A stretch of 63,872 bases of DNA, counting the filler, from Piedraia hortae CBS 480.64 (taxonomy: Eukaryota), in NCBI GenBank assembly GCA_010093745.1. It is 4 parts of 4 records of this genome, joined end to end, with 100 filler letters (N's around TTAATTAATTAA, not from the genome) between each part and the next. Parts side by side here need not be neighbours in the genome. Positions count along the whole stretch, not along the records: positions 1 to 25,141 come from MU006059.1; 3 more parts are not named here. The stretch is one strand, 5' to 3'. The first letter of the stretch is position 1. The number at the start of each line of letters is the position of its first letter. The position numbers and the translations under genes were made by a program. This document shows, in pieces, positions 1-12,919 of this stretch. The notes below the pieces were generated by a model that worked only from the letters and a program-made list of their open reading frames with translations, searched no databases and was not told the origin of the DNA.

Positions 1-34
1 AATAATGCGCGTAATATACCGCATATTCACAACA

Positions 35-349
35 CAAGTCAGCGATACCTCCTACACTACCAGCTGCACCCTAGGTTTTTTCCTCACAGAGGTTTTCTCT
101 CAGGGTCATGTCAGATGTGACATGGCGAATGCGCCCTGCTAGTGTATGACGTGACGTCACCGGCCCACCGGTACAGAATTTTCATTCTGAACGTCCCCTC
201 ATTTTGAAATAGATAGTCCTTTACACTGTCACATCGACACTGGTATTGACTCATATCCATCTGCATCTGTCCTGTCCCTGTTGTCAATTTCCGTTTATCG
301 CTTCGTCCTCTTAGTTCGGGCCGCTGCGCACTCCCATCAACGAGAGCCT
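35..349 (+). repeat. Dispersed repeat A, copy 1 (direct copy at about 21579-21879)
   Basis: Long shared tracts with 21579-21879, e.g. GATACCTCCTACACTACCAGCTGCACCCT and GCTAGTGTATGACGTGACGTCACCGGCCCACCGGTACAGAA. Confidence 0.9.
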
Positions 350-984
350 TATCTCGGCAATACATAGCAGTGTTGATAGATCTTAAAATTACACTTTTTG
401 CACCAATACGACCGCAAACATAGAAGTAAACAGAGTGTGAGGCCAACCGAACGCACCCTCAGCTGTTTGATGAATAACCAGGAAGGGGCTAGGAGATGTT
501 TAATTAACCTAGAGATTCCTCGGATAGCGTCCTAAGAGTACTAAGGTTTGCGCCGCATCCCTACGAAGTGTGTATTGGACCGAGAACACGTACTTAAACT
601 ACACAACTTCAACTAGTTGCTAAAGGTTGTCTTTTGCTGGACAAGGGTTATAATCTTCGACTGAAGGAACATGTCTGCGATGAAGGGTTAATCGGGAAGT
701 GATGAGAGAGACGAGAGAAATAAAATTAAGAAGCTATGCGATGGGCTTTGAACAGACACACCAACGCCAGTCATGAGACAGCGCACAGGGCCTCACACTC
801 GACCGGACCATGAGGCTGAACGCTCGTACGCATGGCTCGCAGCAGGATGATCAGCTTGCACCTCCAACAAGGCACGCTATTCTCACTGGACTGCAGCTAA
901 CTATGCGAGTGTTCGTTTTGCTTGCACGTATCATGAAGCTGCTGATTGCTTGAGTTTCGTAAAACTTTGCGACATGATCGAGGG

Positions 985-1145
985 CTTCAAGCATAATTAC
1001 GTCCAAGTCTGAGTTGAGGAATGCCGAGCCGACGTCCAGCTGTCGACGGCGCCATCCTACTTGGGCTGATAAGGCTACAAGACTTCCGCCCGTCTCTGCC
1101 ATTGGTGTTGGTGCGAATGTCTCGACATAATCGGGACACAACGAC
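985..1145 (-). mobile_element. Ty1/copia reverse transcriptase relic
   Basis: Minus-strand translation DYVETFAPT...ALSAQVGWRRRQLDVGSAFLNSDLD matches the copia RT motifs DYxETFAP and QLDVxxAFL; the rest of pol is not intact. Confidence 0.75.
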
Positions 1146-2788
1146 ATCGTTGATGCATTTGGCCTAGGACAGGTAGGTCCGCCGGTTGACGTGGTCGTGT
1201 ACCACGGCGACGCAGAGAAAAGACGAAATGGGTTTGCCGCCTGTAGGTTAGAAGCGCGCACGAAGCTTCGCTATGGTCTCTTCGTACCATGGCAGGCAGG
1301 AGGAGTACACCATTACAACAAGGTTATCTATGTGCCAAGAAAACAGTAACAACCCTGTCGGAGGCTACGCAACTCCCTTAGCGAATCATGGAAAGGCCGC
1401 ATGCGCGCATAGCAGTCCACCTTGCTTGCTTTGCACTAGTCGATTGATCCATCGTCATAGTTATTCACTACAAATATCCACTTTTCTCGAATAGGCAAGC
1501 CATCAGTGACCAATAGATACCATCGTGCATCCTGCTAACGCCCGACACAGATAACCATGGAAGGGCATATCGACAAACGAAGGTGTAATCTGAGTAACAG
1601 TATATATTACCCATATTGTAAATCCATTGAAGTGACAGAGAGGTACTAGAACAAATAAGAGATGCTTATGCGGGATGTTTCGTGATCATGAGGGAGCGAG
1701 AATTCCGCGGTGATGCCGCAATATGTGTTCGTTGATCACCCATCGGTCAGATGCACCGCCGTCAGCGTGGACCCATTTATGTCTAGAAAAGGGCAGTCGC
1801 TCACACCTATAGGCATTTGCAACCCACTGTTTACCACATTCTCGATTGCAAAGGTGCTGTACGTTTAGCGTGCCGGCAAGACTGGAAACAGGTACGGCCA
1901 GATACCGGTCGCTGCGCGATTGGATGCTGAACCCATTTGATTCGAACCACTTCTCCGTCTGATTACGCGGTATGGCAAGAACGTAGTTTTGCAGCAAGGC
2001 CAGGTTATGGTGTTGGTTTGTCATGCATGAGGTACATGACCCTGTGAACATACGGCCGATTTGTGCAGCTCACAAATGAGCCAGTGCCGCACTTGACCGG
2101 ACCATGGAGCCGTGAGAAGACGGAGCATGAGCCTTGCTCCCAGTTGCTGCGGAATTTGGTCCTCAAAGTGCTGTGGAACGAAAGCTCGGTCTCATGCGGT
2201 TGCGCCAAGCATTGCAAAGGTGGGTTGCCCTCGACAGAAAGGCCAAAATGCTCCCGTATCCTCGGTTCCCGGCAGTACTCTAAGACCTTGTTATGTGCGT
2301 GCGTCATACAGCCCTCTGAACAATGCCGCCAACCGCCAACGCCCATATGGTGTGATGCCATGCGTCTCCCATCCTCCTTCCGATATACAAGGATAGAGTA
2401 TGGTGATTTGTGTTTTCTGCGTTACTGCGAGTGTAAATATTCCCCTTTTCTTGGGATTGCGTGATTGAACTTGGATTCGGTCCGTGCCTGGTAACAAACA
2501 TGGTACATGGCACAGCAGCTGTAGCTTGTTCTTTTTTTTTTTTTTCCATGGTGTCGAAGCCTAGGACAGATTCCCACGCCTCAAGCAGCTCCCAGTTCAG
2601 GACTTCCAGTCTTTGCGAACATTTACTACTGTCGTGGATCTCATCATCATATAGCATCTTGCAGAGTTCTGCTGCCTTAAACCATAGCAGCACTTGCGTT
2701 TCGATACGGCCAGATAATCTTCCTGAGAGGAATAGAACATGGCCAGGGTTGGCGGCCGCATCTGCGCTATGAAGAAAAAATCCTTGTC

Positions 2789-2986
2789 AGAAGGATGTGG
2801 CACCCACCATGACCAGAATTATAGATAGAAGTCGAAACTTTTCAGGGTTTTTATCTCTATAGAGGAAATTTTCTCTGAGACGGGCCATTATCCCGTTCAT
2901 GCTTAAGGGCATAGTTCGCTGACGTTGTCCTGGCGAATGCGGTTAGACTGAGGTAGTGTGGCGAAGGTTTCGATCCTCACCTCACA
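2789..2986 (+). repeat. Dispersed repeat B, copy 1 (direct copy at 24841-25037)
   Basis: Shared AGAAGGATGTGGCACC...GGTTAGACTGAGGTAGTGTGG...CCTCACCTCACA. Confidence 0.9.
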
Positions 2987-3096
2987 GGGAGATAGAAATT
3001 TACATTCACCTTTCAATTAAAGTTGAGTGAACACATTGGTGGTTGATATCTGCTCCGCTTTAGTCCTCTGAGGTTCACCCCTCCGACACATGCTCG

Positions 3097-3242
3097 GTGT
3101 TGTGCAGGTCGCAACGGAGCGATCCGCAGGTGATGACCCACGTCCCTGACCAGGGTTCGAGTACTCGGAAATTTTCTTGTGTAGCTCTAGATACACATAT
3201 ATACTGACACACCTGTGAGGTGCCGCTGCTTATTAGAACACT
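3097..3242 (-). repeat. Dispersed repeat C, copy 1 (inverted copy at 23219-23363)
   Basis: Reverse complement aligns with 23219-23363; both translate to near-identical spurious peptides (VLISSGTS...RATQENFR...EPWSG.WVITCGSLR). Confidence 0.9.
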
Positions 3243-3990
3243 CGGAAATATATTGTACCTGGCCGTGATAATGTATCCCAAGAAGCATCCACGATGGTTC
3301 ATGATAGTGAGGACATTAATGCAAGATGACTCCTAGGATATAGTCGAAATGCTTGCTGGCACGAATCTTAAGGGGTTCCAGAAAACTTGATGTCAGTGGC
3401 CTCCTCCAACTCAAGGCAACGCGGCGTTGTCGGTTTCCACGATCTGAGAGCTTGGCCGGCATTGCAGTCAATTCATGGGCCCAGACATACTGCAAACCCC
3501 TTGGAACCCGCGCGAGACTCGGGTATTTCTTGCGATGCAATCAGGGCCTCAACATGATCTGTTTTAAGGTTCAGCAACTCACCGATTACAGCTTTAAGTG
3601 AGTGTCAATGGCCATACTAATTACATTATGATTGCGCAGACTGCCTCAACGTACAACAATTTCAGCCACCTGATAGGTTATACTAAGCCTCGAAAGTATG
3701 ATAGCGAGGAGTTCCCCGGATTCGGATAGGGTTGCGTTGCCCTTGATGATCCACTTCTTACCAACACCATATGGCTTCTAGATACAGTAGGTTTCACAAA
3801 GTAGGCGATAAAAACTCTGTAAGCGCACTGTCCAGTTTCATCTATTCGACTGTGCGTCTGACCATTAGATTGCGGTTTTCGTCCCAAACGGGAAAGCAAA
3901 ACGAGCTTCTTAGGAACGGGCCGATCCGGCGGGACATCACCACCTCACCTTTACGCCACGAACGCCTTTTCTTGTCGAGAGATCGCTGCG

Positions 3991-4762
3991 ATGGTTCGCA
4001 TTCTACTGGGTCTCACTGCTTTTACTGCCCTTGCAACCGCCGATCAATTCTTCCTCTACTCTACCTCACCGTCCGTCACCCTCCCCGTCTCTCCTGAGCG
4101 AACAGTGATCTAACCCCCCGCAGCCTCTCGACAAGGCAAGCCCCAGGGCCCAACATAGCAGACGCTTCCGAAGTGGAAACGTTCATCTCCCACGAAGTTG
4201 GGCAATGTGCGCATGAAAACTATCTCTTTTTCACCGGCAACGTGTCACGTTTAGGCGGGTGGACGCCGAAGGGAGATAACCGAGTAGAGGTTGATAACGT
4301 CCTCGGAGACGTTTACATGGATACGTTGAGGAGAGATGCTGCGCGGTGTGGCCAAGTTGTCGATATCGATTTGAATACTTGGAAAGGAGCCCTGAAGCAT
4401 ATGTTGGATGATTTGAAGGGAAGCTATCTACTCATCTATGCTTCACAGCAAGGGAGGACAGAGCCGCTTCGTGAGGAGGTGCACACACATCTTAAGAGAA
4501 AGGCAAAGGAAACAAAGAAATCGCTTTTCGAGAAGTATCAGTTTTTGACGCCTGGTGAGTCTAAACGATCCCTTTGAAAAGTGTCCTTGGGAAATGCTGA
4601 GTGATGATTGTTCAAGCACTGTCCATGGCGTTTTTAGTGTCACTGCTGCTGATGATGCTTATGTATGTGGGCATTTCGGCGCTTGCGAACTTGAAGGTTA
4701 GTTATGAGGCTTTTAATAAGGAGATGGGGCCACAGGCGCAGAACAAAGGGAAGCAGCAGTAG
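3991..4762 (+). CDS. V-ATPase accessory/assembly protein, Voa1/BIG1/ATP6AP1-like (3 exons: 3991-4070, 4124-4554, 4617-4762)
   Basis: Signal peptide MVRILLGLTAFTALATA; GT-AG introns (CTAAC branch site in the first) splice in frame; C-terminal LFEKYQFLTP-TM-VSYEAFNKEMGP is typical of this fungal family. Confidence 0.75.
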
Positions 4763-5042
4763 AACTGTATCAATTGGACGATGCCAAAGATCAAGCCGTG
4801 ACAATGAACGCATCATACTATTACGTAGCTACAATGCTGGCGTTTGGTCAGGCACCTCGCACAAGATAGCGCAAACTTTGGCCACCCCTTTACGGCTAGC
4901 GTGAAACCCAAAATAAGAACTAGCGTACGTTATCAGCACAATGATCACCCGACGCATAGGCGGATCATAGGGGCATGATAGTAGACATCGGCCCTATTAA
5001 CGCGTAGACAAACATCCTCAGGGATAGCATAGATTTCTAGAA

Positions 5043-7184
5043 ATGTCTTCCGAGTTTATTGCTGGTTCCCCTTCCCGGGCGTCAGTGACGGCGAGACTCG
5101 CGTCACCCGTCTACGGGACGCCTGTTACTGGAATCGCTCCACAAGGGCGACGTCAAAGTAAGAGCCGCCGGGATTCTCTCAACGCGCCACTCGCAGGAGC
5201 AGCCGCAATAAGCACATCTATCCCGGGTCAATCCTCCCTCTCGCAGGCCCTACGCGGTGCGCCTCGCTCCTTTTCCCCCCGTTCGGTTGTCCCGGAAGAC
5301 ACGCAGTCGCTATTACACAAGCCGTCTGTACAACAACTGGGTCGCAGTCCGCGCGGAACTGAGGATATCGACATTCTTAAGCGACATCTTGTGCCTGAGG
5401 CGTCGGGCTCGTTGCGAGGAAAAGACAGTGTTCCGTCTGGGTCTGATGGAGAAGAGTTCTCTAGTCTACAATTGCAGGGTGGGGACACGACGAGACACAT
5501 ATATCGCTATGCGGAGAAGAGGGAACGTGAGCGTGAAGGTCGACCGCGACGGAGTGCCAGCGTAGGACCTATCGCGCGGGATGATGACGACAAAGAGAGC
5601 GTATCTGGTGTTATGGTACCGGGAGGATTCCGACGAGACCATCTCCGACGCATGGGTGCTTCGCCAGCACCTTCGTCGGTGCGGCCGGTTGTGGATACTG
5701 AGGCTCAGAGTCGGCCCCAACCACAGTTTTTGACAAACAACTTTATTGAGTTTCTGACCCTCTACGGTCACTTTGCCGGTGAGGAGCTGGACGAAGACGA
5801 TGAGGTGCTGGGTCCAGACGAGTACTTTTTCTCGGACGCGGACGGAGATCGGGCGACGGAGACGTCGACGCTGCTGCCGAAGAAAAAACGCATTCGAAAA
5901 CAGCGTGAAGCCGGGAAGGGCGGTCCCATTGGTGCTGCCCTACTGCTGCTCAAGTCGTTTGTCGGTACGGGCGTACTGTTCCTGCCTAGGGCTTTCCTAA
6001 ACGGCGGCATGGTGTTTGCAAACGTCGTCTTGCTTCTCATCGCAGTTTTGTCGTATTACTGCTTTATCCTACTAGTTTCGACGCGACTAAAGGTACATGC
6101 CTCATTCGGCGACATGGGCGGACAAATCTACGGCGACTACTTCAAAGGCCTCATCAACTCTAGTCTCGTCATTAGCCAAATCGGGTTCTCATCCGCCTAC
6201 ATCGTCTTCGTCGCAGAGAATCTCCAAGCCTTTGTCCTCGCAGTAACGCGCTGCGCACAGAGTGTGAGCGTAGCGTGGCTAATCATCCTCCAAATGGCCA
6301 TCTTCCTCCCTCTAAGCCTCTACCGCAACATCAACCACATTCAAAAACTCGCCCTACTCGCCGACATCTTCATCTGCCTCGGTCTGGTATACGTCTACTA
6401 CTACGACATCGCCACCCTAATCAACGCGGGCGGCATAGCAGACATCGTCTCCTTCAACTCCAAGGACTGGACACTATTCATCGGCACGGCGATCTTCACC
6501 TTTGAAGGCATTGGCCTTGTAATCCCCATCCAAAGCGGAATGCGCCAGCCAGAACGCTTCCCCTCTGTCCTCGCAGTGGTCATGATCATCATAACCGTCA
6601 TATTCCTTTCCGCGGGCGCTCTCTCCTACGCAGCATACGGCAGCGCAACTGAAACAGTCATCCTCCTCAACATGCCACAGGACAGCGCGCTCGTCAACGC
6701 TGTCCAGCTAATCTACTCCCTTGCCATCCTGCTCAGCACGCCTCTGCAGATCTACCCCGCGATAGAGATCACGTCGCAGCAGCTCTTCTCCCGGACGGGG
6801 AAGTATAACCCTTATGTGAAGTGGAAGAAGAATCTGTTTCGTTTTGCAGTTGTTGCCTTATGCGGTCTTATCGCGTATGCCGGCGCGGGGGATTTGGATA
6901 AGTTTGTCGCGCTCGTGGGAAGCTTTGCGTGCATTCCGCTTGTGTATATCTATCCGGTAAGATTACAATCACTTTGGTCATTAATTGTGTGTGGACTGAC
7001 TGTGGATAAATAGCCGTTGATGCACTACCGCGTCGTGGCGACGAGGCAGTGGCAGCGCGTTGTGGACCTGTTACTGGTCGTGTTTGGGTTCGGAATCATG
7101 GTCTACACTACCGCTTTGACGGTCAATAGCTGGGTCGAGGGAAGTAGTCAGCCCAGATCGCCGGGGTATTGCGATGGAAGGTAA
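5043..7184 (+). CDS. Vacuolar amino acid transporter Avt3/Avt4 type (intron 6957-7013)
   Basis: LQGGDTTRHIY, PGGFRR, LYGHFAGEEL, LLKSFVGTGVLFLP, FTFEGIGLV motifs; the GTAAG..TAG intron restores the final TM segment PLMHY... Confidence 0.92.
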
Positions 7185-7468
7185 ATGGAATTGCATGTGC
7201 ATAGTTGTATGAATGCATTGTAAATGGTGAGAGTGTGAAAACATCCAAAGGCTTGCCAGGGTAATCGAACGAGCAAAACTCGCAAAGCTGAAAGCACCCT
7301 TAGCTTTGCCGAACTTTGTAAAGCGCACTTCAAAGTTAAGCTCTCAATGCAACGAAACAGTCCCTATGCAAACCTAACCATATTTTAAATTCTGCTAAAG
7401 ATCTCAAACCCCACACTACATTCAGAAACCCACACCCTTCATAACATCCCCTCCCAGATGGTACATAC

Positions 7469-9395
7469 CTAAATTTTACTCCCCCTCCTCCCCCCTTCCC
7501 CCCTGATCACAGAATTCCTCCTGACCTCCTCCACAAACTCCCTCTTCTCCCCCTCCAAATTCGCAAATTGTTTGAACCTCATCTCCTCATCCTCTTTCGT
7601 CTTCTTGATCACCCTCGTATGATTCTTATTCAACCCCATCAAAACCCTCGGCTCCTCGAAAAACATCTGATCGATTTCTTCTAAACTCCGCCCGGAAGTT
7701 TCCACTCCGAAGAAGTATGCTAGTGGAACGAATGAAGCGCACACAATGGCCCAGATCCAGTAGTAGTTTCCCTTTATGGAGGAGAGGCCGATGGGTGTGA
7801 CCATCACCACGACGAAGTTGGAGGACCAGTGTGAGAAGACGCCGACCGCCGTAGATTTATTCCGCACGCGGAGGGGTCTGCGTAGGGTTAGTTGGGGATT
7901 TTGCACGGGGATCGCATGGGTGGGAGGAAGGAGAGGGGGGGGGGGAAGGGAAGGAGATTCTCGCAACAATCCACGAGGACTTTCCCGATAGGGACAGTCC
8001 GCATAATGTAGGGGAAGTGCCAAAACTTACTGAATCTCCGCAGAATAACTCCACGAAACAGGCAGAATGCCTAGCGTGAAACAGTCCATGTAGAGGAACA
8101 TAAACGCCACGGCAGCCGCAACGCACGAGTAGCTCGTGGAAAGAAGACATCCCGCGATGATGGCCATGCAGATTGAACAGCCCGCGGAGGAAAGGATAAC
8201 AGACCACCGACGCCCTAGACGGTCGATGTAGAAGTACGGCGGCCACGAGAAGATGGCGTACTGCGTAAATGCTACACTAGCCAGGATGAGGGACATGGTT
8301 GGTGTGAAGTTCATGTATGTTTGGAGGATGTAGGCGAGGTAGTAACTTAGCTGGCGCGGATGGGTTAGTTGAGGGGGGTTTCGGTGGGAGGGATGATACG
8401 CACCGCGTTGATGCCAGACCACTGGTTCATCATATAGGGACCCATGCCGAGGAGGACGCGCTGTAAATTACGCGATTTGGTACTGTTTGAGAAGACTTCA
8501 GTCCAGGTTGCTTCGCCGTCGGCGGACTCGAGGCCGATGATTTCTAGGATTTCGTTGAGTTGGCCTTGGACTTCTGGGTCGTCTTCGCTTCGGTCTAGGA
8601 GATTGGCAATCACACGCTGGGCTTCGGCTGCTTGGCCTCGTTTTGCGAGCCAACGGGGTGTATCTGGTAGGAATGGGCAGCAGCAGAGGACCATCCCGGA
8701 GAAGAGCATCTGGCAAGCAATAGGGAATCGCCATTGTAGACTGCTGTGGGCGTATAGAGTCGCGAAGCAGAGCCATGACGCTACAACGACCCCAATGATG
8801 ATCAGTGCGGATTGAACTACGAGAAGAGCGCCGCGGTTTCGAGCTGGGAGGGTTTCAGATTGGAGGATGGGAACTGCCACGGTGGAGAGCCCGACGCCGA
8901 TGCCTGCGATGATGCGTGCTACAATCATCTGGGCATAGGAGAAGGCAGCGGTTTGGATTGCTGCGCCGACGATGACTGGAAATAAAGTCAGTCTTGTCCT
9001 GGATATTCAAGGGAAGCAATTCTGTGATGGAGATCCATCTTCAAGGGAAATTTTAACCAGGAAACGTTTTCTCTCTCACTCAAAAATGAAGTCTTTCCTT
9101 CGAATCCCCCAGCTCACAACAACTTACCAATAAAATTCGCAACGATAATACTCCTCTTCCGTCCAATCCTCTCTCCCCAGATAAACGCCGCCACAGCCCC
9201 CAGCGCACATCCAATATCATAGACCCCCGTAACGAGGCCAGTATAAGTCGGCGACGGGTTTCCAAGCGTCTTCTTGAACCGCTCACCCCCCAAAATTCCC
9301 CCAAACAAACCCTGGTCGTAACCAAACAACAAAAAATCAAGCCCCGATGCGATCAGAATCACGCTTGTGAGCGCTTTTCCTTTTAGTTGGGGCAT
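7469..9395 (-). CDS. MFS sugar porter (Stl1-like), 4 exons
   Basis: FLLFGYDQG, GERIGRK, ARIIAGIGVG, WRFP, PDTPRWL, QWSGIN, DRLGRR, ETSGRSLEEID spread over ORF pieces separated by introns. Confidence 0.92.
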
Positions 9396-10083
9396 TTTCA
9401 ACAATCAGGGTATTTCTTCTTGGGGGAGTACCCAGCGACTCGAATGGGAGGTTTGATTGCAAAAGAGCAGGCAGACAAACGCGCCAAAAGGTCGCTTGGC
9501 GGTCACTTGACCATCTGCCAGGTCGGATGCACATTACTTTATAGCGCCCGGGGAACCCCACGGGGAACCTGGACAGCAGATGCATGGGCTAATGCAGAAT
9601 GCAATGGCTGAAAGAGATGGCGAGCGGGGAAATTTCGATGGCTTCCTGCTTTCGGAAAGCCGTGCGCGTTGGAAACGGGGAAACCGTTAGAGGTCGGTTG
9701 GCAATTGGGTTTTCTGGGGAAGAGTTCTTCGCGAAAGGTTCTCTGTTATGTTGTGTAATGCATGCCAGATGCCTCGGTCGAGGGCTGTGTTCTGAGTGAT
9801 GGGGTATCTTTTGTTTTGCAGACCGCCTGCATTGTCCTTTTCGCCAAGGCAGCCACGACGTGGTCTGGGCTGGTCTCGGGTCTGACGATTGCATAATACA
9901 TACTGTGCAGGGCTAAAAATGAAGGTGTCTAAGTAATGCTCCCCAGGACCGAGTTTCATGGATACGTCTGATGTGCATCAGATCGCTATGCAAATGTCAA
10001 CGCATGCAAGGAGTACCTACATAATTTCCAGTAATACGGTCGATGGGACTTCATAACGAGAATTCATACATCATCACTCGTCA

Positions 10084-12672
10084 CTACAACTGTACATTCA
10101 CACTCTCCAGAACAACATTCGCAATAGTACTGGCCAGCCAGATTGCAACCAGGAGCGCTCCCACCCGTCTACTTAGCGTCCATTTATTCAACGGCACGAT
10201 AACCAACAATCCCACCAGCGTCAGCAACAGTGTAGCGCCCGAGATCAGCAGAGTCGTGCTGACTTGTATATGCACCGTTTTGTGGCCTCCAGCGTGTCTC
10301 TTGGCCAGCACCCACGTCCCGCTGAGGCCTATGCCTAGCAGAATGTTCAGCATCGGTCCTCCAAAGCAGGCCGAGAGCGCCATGACAGGGAAGCCAAGCC
10401 GTGCAACTGTGATGTCCGCGACGAGATCGCTGAGCGAATTTCCCACGGCGAAGATCGTAAGTCCCATGATCGCTTCGCTCATGTTAAGAATCACAGCGAG
10501 CGCTTTCAACGCGCCGACGACTTGGCTTGCGATCAGGGAGATCCATGTTATGCTGACGACGAAGCCGAAGAGTGATAAAAAAGAACGGTAGGGTGGCGGG
10601 CGGGAGGCTGATGTTGTCAGAGCCACGAGCGCCGCGAGTGCGGTAGAGACGCCGAGAGTGATGAGTACAGGTTTGACGTTAGGCAGGGAAGAAGAGGATT
10701 GGTAGGTTATTGACACCAGGACGAAGAGAGGCGAGAGATAGATTTGGACGAGAAGCAGCCAGCGGTTCCAGAGGGATGCTTCGCTAGTAGGAGGGTTGCC
10801 GCCGTCGCCTACGGCTTCCACGGCGGGCGCTTGATCTGGCTCATATGTTTCGGTCTGCTCTAGAGGGTCGGTGACAGTGAGTTTGGGAGTGTTTTCTGTT
10901 TCGTCCGAATTGCCGCTCTCTACTACGGGCAAAGTGATGGTAAGCAGAAATATGCTTGGTGCAGCGACGATGCCAAGACAGCGTTCCCACCAGTTTTTGG
11001 ACTTCCAGTGGTAGAAGGTCGGGAACAATGTCGACATGAGGATGCCAACAGACGGAAGCCATGCAGGCCAGTATTTGAACGTCTTGGCAGGAGCAGTCTC
11101 GTCTGCTTCTTCCTCGTGAAAAGGGGACAGAATATCATCAAAGTATGGTGGAAATGGGGAGAGTAATGATGGTGAGCGAGAGCCACGGACAGACTGTTGA
11201 CGGGAAGGCTCCTGAGGGATGACCAGCTGAGGCAAGGGAGAGTCTTGTTCAAAGGCTGGCAGAGGAGGGGCATTTAGCTGCTGCTCGTCTTCAGCAGAAT
11301 CCTCCTGGATGTCTACCAAACTGCTCGAGCCCGACGTTTGAGGCTTTACACGCAGATCCTCGGCATTATTGACAGACTTAGAGTGATTCAGCCGAGGCGG
11401 CTCGACGCGAGGACCGGGGTGTACATCGACCGGGCTTATCGTGCCATGACTAGAACCATTCACCTGACGTTGCTGTGCTGCAGTGAAGGTAGGATCATCA
11501 GAGAACCTCCTCGCATTCAACGGAATAGTCTGCAAACTCCGAGACTTTTGCAGATTGTTCAACACCGACTGAAACTCCAGTGCACCCACCAACGATGGAC
11601 GAACACTTCTCAGCGTGTTCTTACGTCCCCGATGACGGTAAGGCTGCGCCACACGCATATTGCTACTCAGCTCGCCCATCAGCCGCTCTCTGGCTTCATC
11701 GTCATCGTCATCAGCCTCTAGATGCGAAAAGCTCTCCCGACTGACACCTCGGACCATCTCTGGCCGCGGATTGTCCTCTGGATCGTCATGATACTCGTCT
11801 TCCACATCATCAGTGGGAACATAATAGGCCCGTGCAGCAGCTTCTCTTTCTCTCCGTCCCCTTCTCCTCCCAACCCACCAATGCCAGACCACCACAATCA
11901 GCACATATACCACATAGGAGGCCACCATAGCGAGACACTCCCACATGTGCAGCTTCCCATCCCAGAGAAAAAACAACGAAAATGCAGCAGCAACGATGAA
12001 GAAACAGACATCCCGCACAAAACTCTTCCTCGACACCTGAAACGGTTTAATCAGAGCCATGGAGCCCGTCACCACAGCTGATATGAATCCCGCAGCACCG
12101 AAGAGTTCTCCGAGCGCGAGCGATCCGCTGCCTGTATTCATGGCCGCGAACGTGCTGAAGAGGTCGGGGGAGCCGTTCCCAAATGCCAGCAGCGTAACAC
12201 CCGCGACGCTCTCTCCCATGCCGAGAATCAGCGCAATGGTGTTGAGGTTGATGCAGAAGAAGTCACTGGCAGCGATGCCAATGGCGCTGAACAGGAGACA
12301 TAGCCAAGAGGCCAGCAGTATTAAGATGAGCGGTTTCATGTGCTTCGAGCCGCAGAAGAAGACCTCCAGGTAGGCCAAGTAGCCGGGGTCATCGTCGAGG
12401 CAGTGGGTCTTAACCCACTTGCACCGATCAGATACACGGTGCACTTTGCGACATATCTGGTCTGCCGTCTTTGGATCCTCTCCAACTGCGCGACGGAGTA
12501 GAGTCTGCTCAGACGTATATCTATCCTGGAAGAGCGAATATGCAGTTATGAGGGTAAGAAGGACGAAGCCGAGGAAGAACGCGCGGGCGGCACGGTATCG
12601 CGGGCGCATTGTGTCCATCGTTGTCGCGTGATGTTCCTGCTTAGGTATTGCGATCAAACTAGGCCGGCGCAT
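10084..12672 (-). CDS. Cation/Ca2+ exchanger (CCX, Ecm27/YDL206W-like)
   Basis: Alpha-1 repeat GVTLLAFGNGSPDLFS and alpha-2 repeat GLTIFAVGNSLSDLVAD with a long cytosolic loop between them. Confidence 0.9.
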   Translation of the reverse strand: MRRPSLIAIPKQEHHATTMDTMRPRYRAARAFFLGFVLLTLITAYSLFQDRYTSEQTLLRRAVGEDPKTADQICRKVHRVSDRCKWVKTHCLDDDPGYLAYLEVFFCGSKHMKPLILILLASWLCLLFSAIGIAASDFFCINLNTIALILGMGESVAGVTLLAFGNGSPDLFSTFAAMNTGSGSLALGELFGAAGFISAVVTGSMALIKPFQVSRKSFVRDVCFFIVAAAFSLFFLWDGKLHMWECLAMVASYVVYVLIVVVWHWWVGRRRGRREREAAARAYYVPTDDVEDEYHDDPEDNPRPEMVRGVSRESFSHLEADDDDDEARERLMGELSSNMRVAQPYRHRGRKNTLRSVRPSLVGALEFQSVLNNLQKSRSLQTIPLNARRFSDDPTFTAAQQRQVNGSSHGTISPVDVHPGPRVEPPRLNHSKSVNNAEDLRVKPQTSGSSSLVDIQEDSAEDEQQLNAPPLPAFEQDSPLPQLVIPQEPSRQQSVRGSRSPSLLSPFPPYFDDILSPFHEEEADETAPAKTFKYWPAWLPSVGILMSTLFPTFYHWKSKNWWERCLGIVAAPSIFLLTITLPVVESGNSDETENTPKLTVTDPLEQTETYEPDQAPAVEAVGDGGNPPTSEASLWNRWLLLVQIYLSPLFVLVSITYQSSSSLPNVKPVLITLGVSTALAALVALTTSASRPPPYRSFLSLFGFVVSITWISLIASQVVGALKALAVILNMSEAIMGLTIFAVGNSLSDLVADITVARLGFPVMALSACFGGPMLNILLGIGLSGTWVLAKRHAGGHKTVHIQVSTTLLISGATLLLTLVGLLVIVPLNKWTLSRRVGALLVAIWLASTIANVVLESVNVQL

Positions 12673-12919
12673 TACTGCGCATGAAACGTCACTCCATCGG
12701 ACGGGGTGAAGTCACTGGCGTCACGCCGTTCCTCGATTCCCTGATTGACGGAACGCTAGTCCAAAAAAAGCAGTGACGACGGGACGGTCCGCTGCAGCCA
12801 TCCCGAAGCCTTCTCCGCACGCTACGCCCAATACGGAAGTTTGTTACCACGACGCGTCTTCGGGGCAGGTAAAGCTATTTCTGAGTCGCGATAACAGGGC
12901 TCTGGTTGTTTCTGACGAC

